A DNA stretch of 62,470 nucleotides, counting the filler, from Candidatus Huberarchaeum crystalense (GTDB lineage Archaea; Huberarchaeota; Huberarchaeia; Huberarchaeales; Huberarchaeaceae): NCBI GenBank assembly GCA_002790315.1. It is 9 parts of 9 records of this genome, joined end to end, with 100 filler letters (N's around TTAATTAATTAA, not from the genome) between each part and the next. Parts side by side here need not be neighbours in the genome. Positions count along the whole stretch, not along the records: positions 21,951 to 39,129 come from PFUW01000038.1; positions 39,230 to 42,525 come from PFUW01000031.1; 7 more parts are not named here. One strand, 5' to 3'. Made by a program: the position numbers and the translations under genes. Under the pieces are notes generated by a model. The model did no database searches. It saw nothing but the letters and a program-made list of their open reading frames with translations, and was not told the DNA's origin. Position 1 is the stretch's first letter. Each line of letters opens with the position of its first letter. Below, piece after piece: positions 30,377 to 39,452 of this stretch.

Positions 30377-31339
30377 ATGCAAAAACTCATTGTAATATCT
30401 GATCTTCACGGCGCATTTGACAATCTGGAAAAAGTGCTTAAATATGCTATTGAAACCAAGCAAAACATTCTTTTTTGCGGTGATGTAATTGGATATCCTA
30501 ATGAAGAAGATATTCCTGGAGATAAAAATAAAAAGGAACAACTAATTTTGTTTAAACAATATGCAAAAAAGCAATGGAAAACATTTGTCGAAGTTTGCGA
30601 AAAATACCCGCAAGTTCAGATTTTTAGTGTTCTGGGAAATTATGATTTTAAATCGTTTGTTAAAGATAAAAAATTTGCAAAAAACAACTTCAATGTTGAA
30701 GCAAACTCTAAGAATATTCAAAATTTAAAGATATGTGGGTGTGGTGGCGCAGATTATATTGTTAGTTTTTTACGAAGATGGGGCTATGTTAGAAATATAT
30801 CTTTAAAAAATTTGCGTACAAATTGCGATATTTTTATATCTCACGAGCCAGTGTTCGGCTATGGCGATATTTCCTCTTTTATAATTATAGGGGGTGGAAA
30901 AATTATTGTATTTCCTATGAAAAAAGATATTGAAGCCCTAAAAAAACTTGCGCCTGATGATTCGCTTGTTGATTTGTTAATTGATATTGGCGACTTAGAA
31001 AAAGAAGATCTTAAAAAGAAAAAACAAAGCGACAAAGAGCAAAAGATAATTGATTTTTTAAAAAATTTAAAGAAAAAAGATGTTCAGCAAACCCATATTG
31101 GAAAACATATTCTTAAAAAATTTATTGAAAATAACAAAAAAATAAAATTATTTGTAGCAGGACATATTCATTCTGAGCAATCAGCAACAGAAGTTAGAAC
31201 TATGGCTAAAATCAAGCCTGGCGAAACAATTTACACCACTCTTGTGTTAAATCCAGGACCATTGATGGAAGGCAATTTTGCAGAAGTGGAAATTAGTAAA
31301 AGAAAAGTTAGGTTTGTAGGGTTTGGTAAAATTGAATAA
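30377..31339 (+). CDS. Calcineurin-like metallophosphoesterase
   Basis: SDLHG, CGDV, GNYD, SHEP, GHIH, NPG. Confidence 0.88.
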   Translation: MQKLIVISDLHGAFDNLEKVLKYAIETKQNILFCGDVIGYPNEEDIPGDKNKKEQLILFKQYAKKQWKTFVEVCEKYPQVQIFSVLGNYDFKSFVKDKKFAKNNFNVEANSKNIQNLKICGCGGADYIVSFLRRWGYVRNISLKNLRTNCDIFISHEPVFGYGDISSFIIIGGGKIIVFPMKKDIEALKKLAPDDSLVDLLIDIGDLEKEDLKKKKQSDKEQKIIDFLKNLKKKDVQQTHIGKHILKKFIENNKKIKLFVAGHIHSEQSATEVRTMAKIKPGETIYTTLVLNPGPLMEGNFAEVEISKRKVRFVGFGKIE

Positions 31340-31394
31340 AAATATATTTTTATTTTAAGGAGTGTAAATTTAGATTTAATTATCAAAAAATATA

Positions 31395-32600
31395 TTATTT
31401 ACTGCTTAAAATCTCAATTACATCTCCATTGTTAAGCACTGTTTCTCGCCCAATTTTTTGTTTTTTCTTTACATCAATTGCACCAATAAAATTATCTCCA
31501 AAATCAGTGTGAAGTTTGTAAGCAAAATCAAGCGTCGTGGCATTTGGCGGCATTAAAAATGCATCGGGCATTACATTTCCCTTAGAATCCTCTAGTTTGT
31601 TTACTCCCCCAGGAAAAATTATTTTATATTTGAGAAGGTTAAAGACAGCGAAATTAAGTGTTTGTTGAACACCTGTTCCATTGACTTTTTGCATTATTGT
31701 TCTTATTTTCTCTATCCCTTGTTTTTGCTGGTCTGTTAGTTTGTTTGGCTCTAAAATCTGAAAATCGTTGTCCCCTGGAACATATTTTATTATTTTTTGT
31801 TTTTCTGCAAATCTAAGTTGAATTTCTGCGAGCGCGCAGGTCGGAATAAAAGAATATTGCGGAAATGTAGAAACAAGGCGGTTAAAATTGCTTTCTGAAC
31901 TTTTAATATCTATTTTATTTGCTGCGAAAACCATTGGTTTGGATATTAAACGAAGATTTTTTGTAAAGGTTTTGTATTCGTCGTCTGACCAAAGTGTAAT
32001 CAATTTTCCTTTTAAATTTGACTTTGTTATAGCATCTATAACTTGTTTTTCGCGGACATTTAACCCACTAAAATGTTCGGCAATGAATTTCTCAACAGGT
32101 GTGTCTGTTGCCATTAAACGAAGTTGACGCTCTATCTTTGTTTTTCCGCGCATAAAAATATTAAAATACCAATCATCTAACTCTTTTTCAATGAATTTTA
32201 CATCTTCTACAGGATCATTTTTTCCAACCTCAATAATTTCCCCTTGCATATTTGTTGAACCTGAAATATCAATGATATGAATCAAAGCATCAACATTTGA
32301 CAAATCATCTAAAAACAGATTTCCTAATCCTTTTCCTTCTGCAGCACCAGGAACCAAGCCAGCAACATCAACTAATTCAAAAGGAACAAATCTTTGTCCA
32401 TCAATGCAAAACCCGTGTTGTGGATTGCATTTGACTTTAAAAAAGTTTTCAGCAGGACATTCTGCGCGCACATATGCCACACCAATATTTGGCTTAATTG
32501 TTGTAAAAGGATAATTTTGAATTTCAATGTCTGTCATTGTCGCTGCTTTGAAGAAAGATGATTTTCCTATATTTGGTTTTCCAATGATTCCTATTTTCAT
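31395..32600 (-). CDS. ychF: Obg-family ATPase/GTPase YchF (archaeal) with TGS domain
   Basis: GKPNIGKS, YPFTTIKPN, DVAGLVPGA..GKGLGN.FLDD, ANKID, HTDFG. Confidence 0.93.
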   Translation of the reverse strand: MKIGIIGKPNIGKSSFFKAATMTDIEIQNYPFTTIKPNIGVAYVRAECPAENFFKVKCNPQHGFCIDGQRFVPFELVDVAGLVPGAAEGKGLGNLFLDDLSNVDALIHIIDISGSTNMQGEIIEVGKNDPVEDVKFIEKELDDWYFNIFMRGKTKIERQLRLMATDTPVEKFIAEHFSGLNVREKQVIDAITKSNLKGKLITLWSDDEYKTFTKNLRLISKPMVFAANKIDIKSSESNFNRLVSTFPQYSFIPTCALAEIQLRFAEKQKIIKYVPGDNDFQILEPNKLTDQQKQGIEKIRTIMQKVNGTGVQQTLNFAVFNLLKYKIIFPGGVNKLEDSKGNVMPDAFLMPPNATTLDFAYKLHTDFGDNFIGAIDVKKKQKIGRETVLNNGDVIEILSSK

Positions 32601-32774
32601 AAATTGTTTTAATAAACTAAAAATAAACAATAACTTAAAATATAACTTATTAAAAATTCGCTTTAATAATGCAATATACAAAGTTTACTTTATAAACTAT
32701 TTATAATTTTCTTGTTCTGCAAGAAATTACAGTTTATAGCAACTTTTTATAGTTAGGCTTTGCATAAATAACAT

Positions 32775-33515
32775 ATGGCATTTAGTATGGGTGAAAAGAT
32801 TAGAAAAATAGAGATTAAAAACGCTGTAAAAGTAAATTATAAAAAAGCAGAATATTCTTTTGAAATTTTGGCAAAACCAAACGCAATTGAAAAGATAAAA
32901 TCAGCAGAAACAGATAAAGATATAAGTGGTTTAAAACTTGAAGATATTTTGGTAGTCAGTGAAATATATTTAAATGCAGATGCAGGAAACATTGCAAAAA
33001 AAGAAGGTTTAACTCGTACTTTTGGCACTGAAAATAAGCGCGAAATTGCTATTATTATGATTAAAGAAGGAATTGTTGAAATTACAGTAGAACAAAAAAG
33101 AAAAATAATGAATCAAAAATTGGCGCAACTTGTTACCGCAATTCAGCGAAACGCAGTTGATTCTGTTACAAAAACAATAATTCCTACTGAACGCATTGAA
33201 TTAGCAATAGACCAAGTTAATTTTAAAATAGATTTATATCAACCGCTTGAAAAGCAAATTCAAGTAGTAGTGAAAAAAATCCAGCCAATTCTTCCCCTTT
33301 CTTTTGAGAAAATTAAACTACTTATTGTTATTTCTCCAGAATATGCTCCGCGCAGTTACGGTATTTTAAAAAAGTTTCAATCACAAAAGTTTGAATATCG
33401 CAATGATGGTTCTCTCGAAGCAACAGTTGAATTAACAGCTAACCAAAAAATAGAATTTCTCTCACAAATTAACAAGTTAACAAAAGGATCTGCTAATATT
33501 ACTGAAATCTCTTAG
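32775..33515 (+). CDS. Ribosome maturation factor SBDS/Sdo1
   Basis: FEIL, EIY.NADAG, FGT, PTERIELA, ILPLSFE, three-domain layout. Confidence 0.9.
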   Translation: MAFSMGEKIRKIEIKNAVKVNYKKAEYSFEILAKPNAIEKIKSAETDKDISGLKLEDILVVSEIYLNADAGNIAKKEGLTRTFGTENKREIAIIMIKEGIVEITVEQKRKIMNQKLAQLVTAIQRNAVDSVTKTIIPTERIELAIDQVNFKIDLYQPLEKQIQVVVKKIQPILPLSFEKIKLLIVISPEYAPRSYGILKKFQSQKFEYRNDGSLEATVELTANQKIEFLSQINKLTKGSANITEIS

Positions 33516-33594
33516 AGTTTGATAAAATCTTTCAAATATCTTTGGGTTTATGCAAATCAAACTTTTGAGTGTTATATTAAAAACACAATAATTT

Positions 33595-34363
33595 ATGGCC
33601 AAAACAATGTCTTTTTCAAAAAACCAAGGAAAATATTCAAAAGTCACTAAAAAACCAAAACCTGAAAAACAAGAATTAAGAAAAGATATTGGAAAAATAA
33701 AACCTGAAAAACAAGAATTAAGAAAAGATATTGGAAAAATAAAACCTGAAAANNNNNNNNAAAAAATCAACTGCAAAAATTGTTTTAAAAAAAGAAATAT
33801 TGCAGCCAGAAACTTATACTTTTCCTAAAAAACATACAAAAACACCTGCTAGTTTAGAAGCATTGAAACACATTAAGTATTTTTTAAAAAGTGTTTTAGG
33901 TGAAGAATGTGCTGATTTTTTATATAAATTAAAATTAGACTTTGTTTATGAAGATTCTTGTTTGAAAGTAGATTATGAGCGGAGGATAGCTTGTAAGTAT
34001 TTGTATATTCTTCAAAGCAAAGGAATTGCTGAATATATAAAAAAAGAGCGTGTAGAAGAAAAGGCGAGATTTGATTTTTTATGGGCAGTTAAAAGCGAGG
34101 AAATTTTAAGGCAAACTCATCTGTTTTATGTAAACAAACTTAATAAAATTAATGTAATTTTAGATATTATATCTACACAGGAAGCATATGTTGATTCAGC
34201 AGAAAAGATTTATAGTTTTGATGAAGCAGTTGAATGCAATTTTGTGGGCGAAGATGGCGCAGAACTAAAGCACTGCAATCTTCAAAAGCTACTTAAAGAA
34301 AAACACACACTTGAAAGAATTATTACTTCTTTAACAGATGTTCAGATAACTTCGCTTGTTTAA
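33595..34363 (+). CDS. tfe: Transcription factor E (TFE/TFIIE-alpha-like) with repeat-derived N-terminal extension
   Basis: Winged helix (KYLYILQSKGIAEY...FDFLW) and degenerate Zn-ribbon region (YSFDEAVECNF...GAEL). The frame is open on both sides of the N gap at 33753-33760; 42-bp repeats encode KPEKQELRKDIGKI. Confidence 0.65.
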
Positions 34364-34497
34364 GTTTATGGTTCTGTCTCAAAAGATTTAAAACAATATT
34401 ATGTAAATTAAATTTATAGTTGCAAATTATGTTAAACTCAATTTAATATGTTTGCTTTTCTTCGTGTTTATATTGTGTTTTGTGTAAAAATCATAAG

Positions 34498-34554
34498 CAC
34501 AAATGATGAAAGATAGGCGGTCTGAACTATGATGATAACTTACATTCTGATGTG
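34498..34554 (+). ncRNA. Box C/D guide sRNA 1
   Basis: CACA stem, C box ATGATGA 34503-09, 12-nt guide, D' CTGA 34522-25, C' ATGATGA 34529-35, 11-nt guide, D CTGA 34547-50, closing TGTG. Confidence 0.88.
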
Positions 34555-34872
34555 TTGTTATTAGGCGCTTTTTGATGTTTTGATAAAGTGCTTTGTTTTT
34601 TGTTAAAAAATTTTTGCAGAATTATTTTCATAGTTTTGAAGAATCGTGCTGTTAAAAATTTTTATAATGTTATTGTATATTCTTTTTTTATTATTATTTT
34701 TTAAGTTCAATAAAAAGCAACCACTTCAATGCTTTTAATGTTTTATGTTTTTAGACCTTTTAAGGTTTATATAACCAAGACTTTCTGAAAGTGTTTGTTA
34801 AAGAATTATTTTGTTTTTTAATTTTTTTGTGTTGTATTTCTTATTTTTATAATAGGTATTGAATCTAAATTT

Positions 34873-35016
34873 GCGTTCTTTGATGTGAAAAATAATATTA
34901 AATTGTGAATTCTTAACAAAAAATAATATTAATTCGCGCTCCTTGATGTGAAAAATAATATTAAATTGTGAATTCTTAACAAAAAATAATATTAGATTGT
35001 GAATTCTTAACAAAAA
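34873..35016. repeat. 63-bp tandem duplication with internal subrepeat
   Basis: TTGATGTGAAAAATAATATTAAATTGTGAATTCTTAACAAAAAATAATATTA at 34880 and 34943, plus a third partial copy. Confidence 0.9.
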
Positions 35017-35158
35017 TATGATGTTAACACTCGCAAATATCTTTAAATTTCGCAAGACACAAACACATTTGCTTCCTTTTTAAATCTAATTATCTACTAT
35101 ATATCTTAACAATTCATATAAAAATATAGGGGTTTTTAAATCCCTTACTAAATATGTT

Positions 35159-35434
35159 ATGGCAGAAGAAGTTTCCACTAGATCACTTTCATATTTGTTT
35201 GGACGCAAAGTTTATCTAAACAACGGAGTATATGTAGGAACTATTGAGGATTTAATCATCACAAGTGACTCAATTCATAAAATAGAAGTTCGCGCAGGAA
35301 GTTCGCGCATTCAGGCACTTATTAGTAGCTCTACAAAAGGTATTAAAATACCCTACAATAGCGTCAATGCAATAAAGGATGTTGTTATTATTGATAATAT
35401 TATTGGTTTGCCTGCAACTGACAAAGAATCTTAA
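35159..35434 (+). CDS. PRC-barrel domain protein
   Basis: LFGRKVYLNNGVYVGTIEDLII...IPYNSVNAIKDVVII. Confidence 0.88.
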   Translation: MAEEVSTRSLSYLFGRKVYLNNGVYVGTIEDLIITSDSIHKIEVRAGSSRIQALISSSTKGIKIPYNSVNAIKDVVIIDNIIGLPATDKES

Positions 35435-35730
35435 GTTTGCTGAGTAAAATAAAAAATGTTTGATTATTGGTAGTAGTTAATATTTTGCGCATTCTTTATC
35501 TCTAACCTTATTCCACTCTCTATTAGGTGTTTCTTACACTCTAAAAATTTACTATAGTTTATTAACTAACCTTTAACACCCATTTATCAAAATAGCTAAC
35601 AACAGTTGGTATAAAGACAACATATTAAAATAATTTATGTGTGTTTGTTTTATTAGTGTAGGGATAGTTAAAAAAATATTTTAAGTAAAAGGTAAAGATA
35701 AAAATAGTGAAGCTTCGCAACAAAACCAAA

Positions 35731-38700
35731 TTAAATAACTCTCAACACCTTGCCATCTAAGTCAAGAATTATTTCATGTTTTTTATCTTTTGTTAAAACG
35801 CGAATATATTGTTTGCTTTGATAATCAAATTGGCTCGCAACTAAATCAGATGTTGAGACCTTAATACCTTTTGATGCAAGGGCAGATGCAGCGATTGTGA
35901 TTAATTTTGTTCGATCTAAAACAGAAGCAGTTTTATCAGTAGATTTGTCTACTCCTTTTTTTGTAAGTTTTGCTATTGTGTTGTTTAATGCATCTTTGAT
36001 TTTTCCAATTGATAGTGCTTTATTATTTATAAATTCTTTTATTCCTCCTCTTTCTTTTATCTTCTCTATCAAAGACAACGCTCCAAGAATTGCCCCAAAA
36101 ACCAAAGCCAAAATAATTATAATCTGCGAAAGCAAACATACACTTATAATTATCGCAGCTATCAAAGGAACAATTAAAACAGCGAGAAGTATTGCAATAT
36201 AAGGAATATTCTCTTTTTCAAATAAATTTGCAATCGCCTGTTTTGGATTTGATTTTAGATCTTCAAAAGAAATAGGCAAACTGAAGTTCGCTTTTTTCTT
36301 TATTAACAAATATGCAAAAAATGTTGATAAGAGTGTAAAAATGAGCAACAAAATCCAAGCAAGGGTATTAGGAATACAAGCAAATATTAGATAATTACAT
36401 TTATCGCACTCGCTAGTTTTATCTCTTCCTACCAAACCATCTGTACCACAATCTACCACACAAAAACTTTTTTCATCTTCATCGCATATACCGTCGCCGC
36501 AATATTTTCCATCTATTTTACAAAAACCGCAATCAACAGTACAAGTTTTACAACTTTCTCCAACAGAATAATCACATTTTCCGTCGCCNNNNNNNCCGTC
36601 GCCGCAATAAGAACCACTACAATCACCACAATCAGATGGACAACTTCGACAGCTTTCTACCCCTAAATCACAAATCCTATTACCACACAAAAAGGCTCTT
36701 TGTTGTTCTAAAAGTTGCTGAAGTTCGCCTGCTGATATTGTTCCTCCTCTTGTAGTTGCACTATCTCCTCCAATCTCTTCTGTCTTTGGTTTGCAATCCT
36801 TAGGACAATCTTCATTTATACCACAAATTCCATCGCCGCAAATACAAGAAATAGAAGTAATTGTAAACATAACACCACACTCTCCTGAATCATCACTGAC
36901 TTTGCAATAATTCTCACCCCCACAACTTTTGTTAAGTTTAATATTATAAGTATTTACACTATTTATATAGAACTTTCCGCCAAGATATAAAGATTCCCAC
37001 TTTATATTGCTGCCCACTTTCCACCAACCATCTATTGCAGATGATTCTGCTTTTATTGAAAATAATGTTGTTTGTCCTACTGCTTTTTCTGCAATTTCTT
37101 CTATATTAGCATAAGTAGCAACACAAACTAAAAAAGATGCACTTTGACTTTGTGAGACACATTTAGGATTTACATCTTTATTGTTAGCATATGTACAAAT
37201 TTCATAAGTGGTTTTCTTACAAGATGTTGAGCAAGTTGATTCTTGACTATCTATTATTCCATTGCAGTTATTATCTAGATTGTTATTACAATTTATTGGT
37301 TGTGGATTTTTGCCAATGCAAGGGCCCCAAATCCCATCCGCACAAGTTTGAATTCCATCCTTACATATACCTTGTTTTGTTGTATCTGTGCAATTTCGAT
37401 GTTCTTTGTTCTTACATTCGCATCCTTCATCTATTGTTCCATTACAGTTATCATCTACTTCATTGCAGATTTCTGTTGCTCCTGGATGAATTGATGCATT
37501 GCTATCATCGCAGTCTGTGTTGTCTGTTGTATATCCTGATGAGCAAGCAGAAATGGTTTGAGCTATTGAATCTGTTGCGTTTCCATAGCCGTCGTTGTCA
37601 GCATCTTTGTAGCAAGTATAAGTATGAGGTTTACCAAGGTCACAATTTTCATCAACTCTACCATTGCAGTTATCATCTATAACATTGCAATTACTATCTT
37701 CACTGCTTGATCCAGGATATATAGTACTAGAACTATCATCACAATCAGTATTATCTCTTACATATCCACTTGGAATTGTTGCATTGTTGATTTGAGTTGT
37801 GTTAATAAATGGATTTCCATAGCTGTCATTATCAGCATCTCTATAAAATATATAAATTATATTTATCTGTGCCTTTGATACCTCACTTGTTTCATTAGTA
37901 TAAGTAGATGTTGCGTTCGCTGCATATGTTTTGACTGCTTCAGTATTGTTGGCTTCAAAAATTGTTTGTGTTTTTATAATTATATTACAATTTGTTAAAC
38001 TAGCCAGAGAAAGATTCCAATTGCATTTATTTGTTGTTGTATTGCAACCACCAACAAAATTAGCACAAGTAGAAGATATATTTATTATATCTAATTTAAA
38101 GTCATACATATCCCTTATTGTCAAATCATCTGCTATATCACCATTATTTTTCAAAGTAATATTATAAATTATCTCATCTCCAACTTTTACTGGCTCAGAA
38201 GAATAAGTAATATTTTTTGTTAATGTTGTGTTCGGGCTATTTACATCCAATATACTTATCCCGCTTGCTGAAATGATTGGGTTAAACTGACCTGTTGCAA
38301 TAACAACATTAATTATTTTATTTATAGGTAATACATCTTGCTGCTGTTGATTTAGATCTATTTTTTCCTTTAATAAAGAGATACTATTTTTTTTCTTATT
38401 GTTATCAGCAATTGTATCAAGTTGCTTATCTATTTTATCTTCTATTATTTCTTTTGTTTTCTTATCGCTATTTTTATATTTGGTCGCAGAAAGATCATTA
38501 TATTTTACAGTATAATTGACTTCAAAAGTGGTGCTTTTGCTCGCATTTAAGCGCGCGATGTTCTGAGACCAATTAAGCAAACCGTCAACAACAGTAATAT
38601 TTGTTAATGGAACATTGCCTGTGTTATTTATCTTAATAGTATAAGTAATATTTCCCCCAACTTTTGCTTTTTGTTTATCAGCTGTTTTTAAAATATTAAG

Positions 38701-39129
38701 ACCTAAATTAGCAACAATTATTGTATTATTTGGCGTACAATAATAAGTTCCATTATTGCCCTTTCCGTCGTTCATTGGCGAGTCAGCGCAAGGGCATTCC
38801 CACTTTGCTGGCGCACATTTTTGTTTATAAAATTCCCCTGAACCATCAAAACAACGATCTGCTAATGATATGTTTATGCAGTTCTTGTTTTGACATTCAT
38901 AATTTGCTGTGCAGGTGTTATCATCTGCTTTCTTTGTCTTAATTTTATGACTTGAATCACAGTAATGTGTTGAGTTGTATTCTGCAGTTGCATTAACGCA
39001 TTCCCAACTGCTTGGATGACATTTTCCATCATTCATGCAGTTGTTGCTTGTGCATTGCTCGTTTGCTGTGCAAGTTGAGTTATTTGGTTTTTTTGCTTGG
39101 CAAGTATGAGATGTGTTGCAGAATTGAGT
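35731..39129 (-). CDS. Giant Cys-rich membrane-anchored surface protein (DUF11-like Ig modules, DCDD...IHPGA.E.C repeats, CGDGxC repeats); 5' end in gap
   Basis: Frame is open to the contig edge; ITYTIKINNTGNVPLTNITVVD; YRDADNDSYG; DCDDSNASIHPGATEICNEVDDNCNG; three C-terminal TM helices. Confidence 0.85.
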   Translation of the reverse strand, partial: TQFCNTSHTCQAKKPNNSTCTANEQCTSNNCMNDGKCHPSSWECVNATAEYNSTHYCDSSHKIKTKKADDNTCTANYECQNKNCINISLADRCFDGSGEFYKQKCAPAKWECPCADSPMNDGKGNNGTYYCTPNNTIIVANLGLNILKTADKQKAKVGGNITYTIKINNTGNVPLTNITVVDGLLNWSQNIARLNASKSTTFEVNYTVKYNDLSATKYKNSDKKTKEIIEDKIDKQLDTIADNNKKKNSISLLKEKIDLNQQQQDVLPINKIINVVIATGQFNPIISASGISILDVNSPNTTLTKNITYSSEPVKVGDEIIYNITLKNNGDIADDLTIRDMYDFKLDIINISSTCANFVGGCNTTTNKCNWNLSLASLTNCNIIIKTQTIFEANNTEAVKTYAANATSTYTNETSEVSKAQINIIYIFYRDADNDSYGNPFINTTQINNATIPSGYVRDNTDCDDSSSTIYPGSSSEDSNCNVIDDNCNGRVDENCDLGKPHTYTCYKDADNDGYGNATDSIAQTISACSSGYTTDNTDCDDSNASIHPGATEICNEVDDNCNGTIDEGCECKNKEHRNCTDTTKQGICKDGIQTCADGIWGPCIGKNPQPINCNNNLDNNCNGIIDSQESTCSTSCKKTTYEICTYANNKDVNPKCVSQSQSASFLVCVATYANIEEIAEKAVGQTTLFSIKAESSAIDGWWKVGSNIKWESLYLGGKFYINSVNTYNIKLNKSCGGENYCKVSDDSGECGVMFTITSISCICGDGICGINEDCPKDCKPKTEEIGGDSATTRGGTISAGELQQLLEQQRAFLCGNRICDLGVESCRSCPSDCGDCSGSYCGDXXXGDGKCDYSVGESCKTCTVDCGFCKIDGKYCGDGICDEDEKSFCVVDCGTDGLVGRDKTSECDKCNYLIFACIPNTLAWILLLIFTLLSTFFAYLLIKKKANFSLPISFEDLKSNPKQAIANLFEKENIPYIAILLAVLIVPLIAAIIISVCLLSQIIIILALVFGAILGALSLIEKIKERGGIKEFINNKALSIGKIKDALNNTIAKLTKKGVDKSTDKTASVLDRTKLITIAASALASKGIKVSTSDLVASQFDYQSKQYIRVLTKDKKHEIILDLDGKVLRVI

Positions 39130-39452
39130 NNNNNNNNNNNNNNNNNNNNNNNNNNNNNNNNNNNNNNNNNNNNTTAATTAATTAANNNNNNNNNNNNNNN
39201 NNNNNNNNNNNNNNNNNNNNNNNNNNNNNTGCGTTCTCTATTGTATTATATGTATTATATCCTGTTTTGTATAACATTTTGTTTTTCCTTAGGGAAAGAT
39301 TTTTACTTTCCCATAAAATATTTAATATATTAAACATAGTTATTCAAAAAAGATAATAACTTAAAACCTCAAATCTTGTATAAATAATATATATGATGTC
39401 TTTTATCAGAGATGATAATTGACTGAGTTTAGATATACATTTATCAATGAAG

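Noticed and set aside
34600-35150. Replication origin
   Set aside because: AT-rich with repeats, but no ORB-like G-string boxes and no cdc6/orc1 nearby.
39393-39427. Third C/D sRNA upstream of 23S (ATGATGT..CAGA..ATGATA..CTGA)
   Set aside because: Boxes are degenerate and the spacers are too short for guides.
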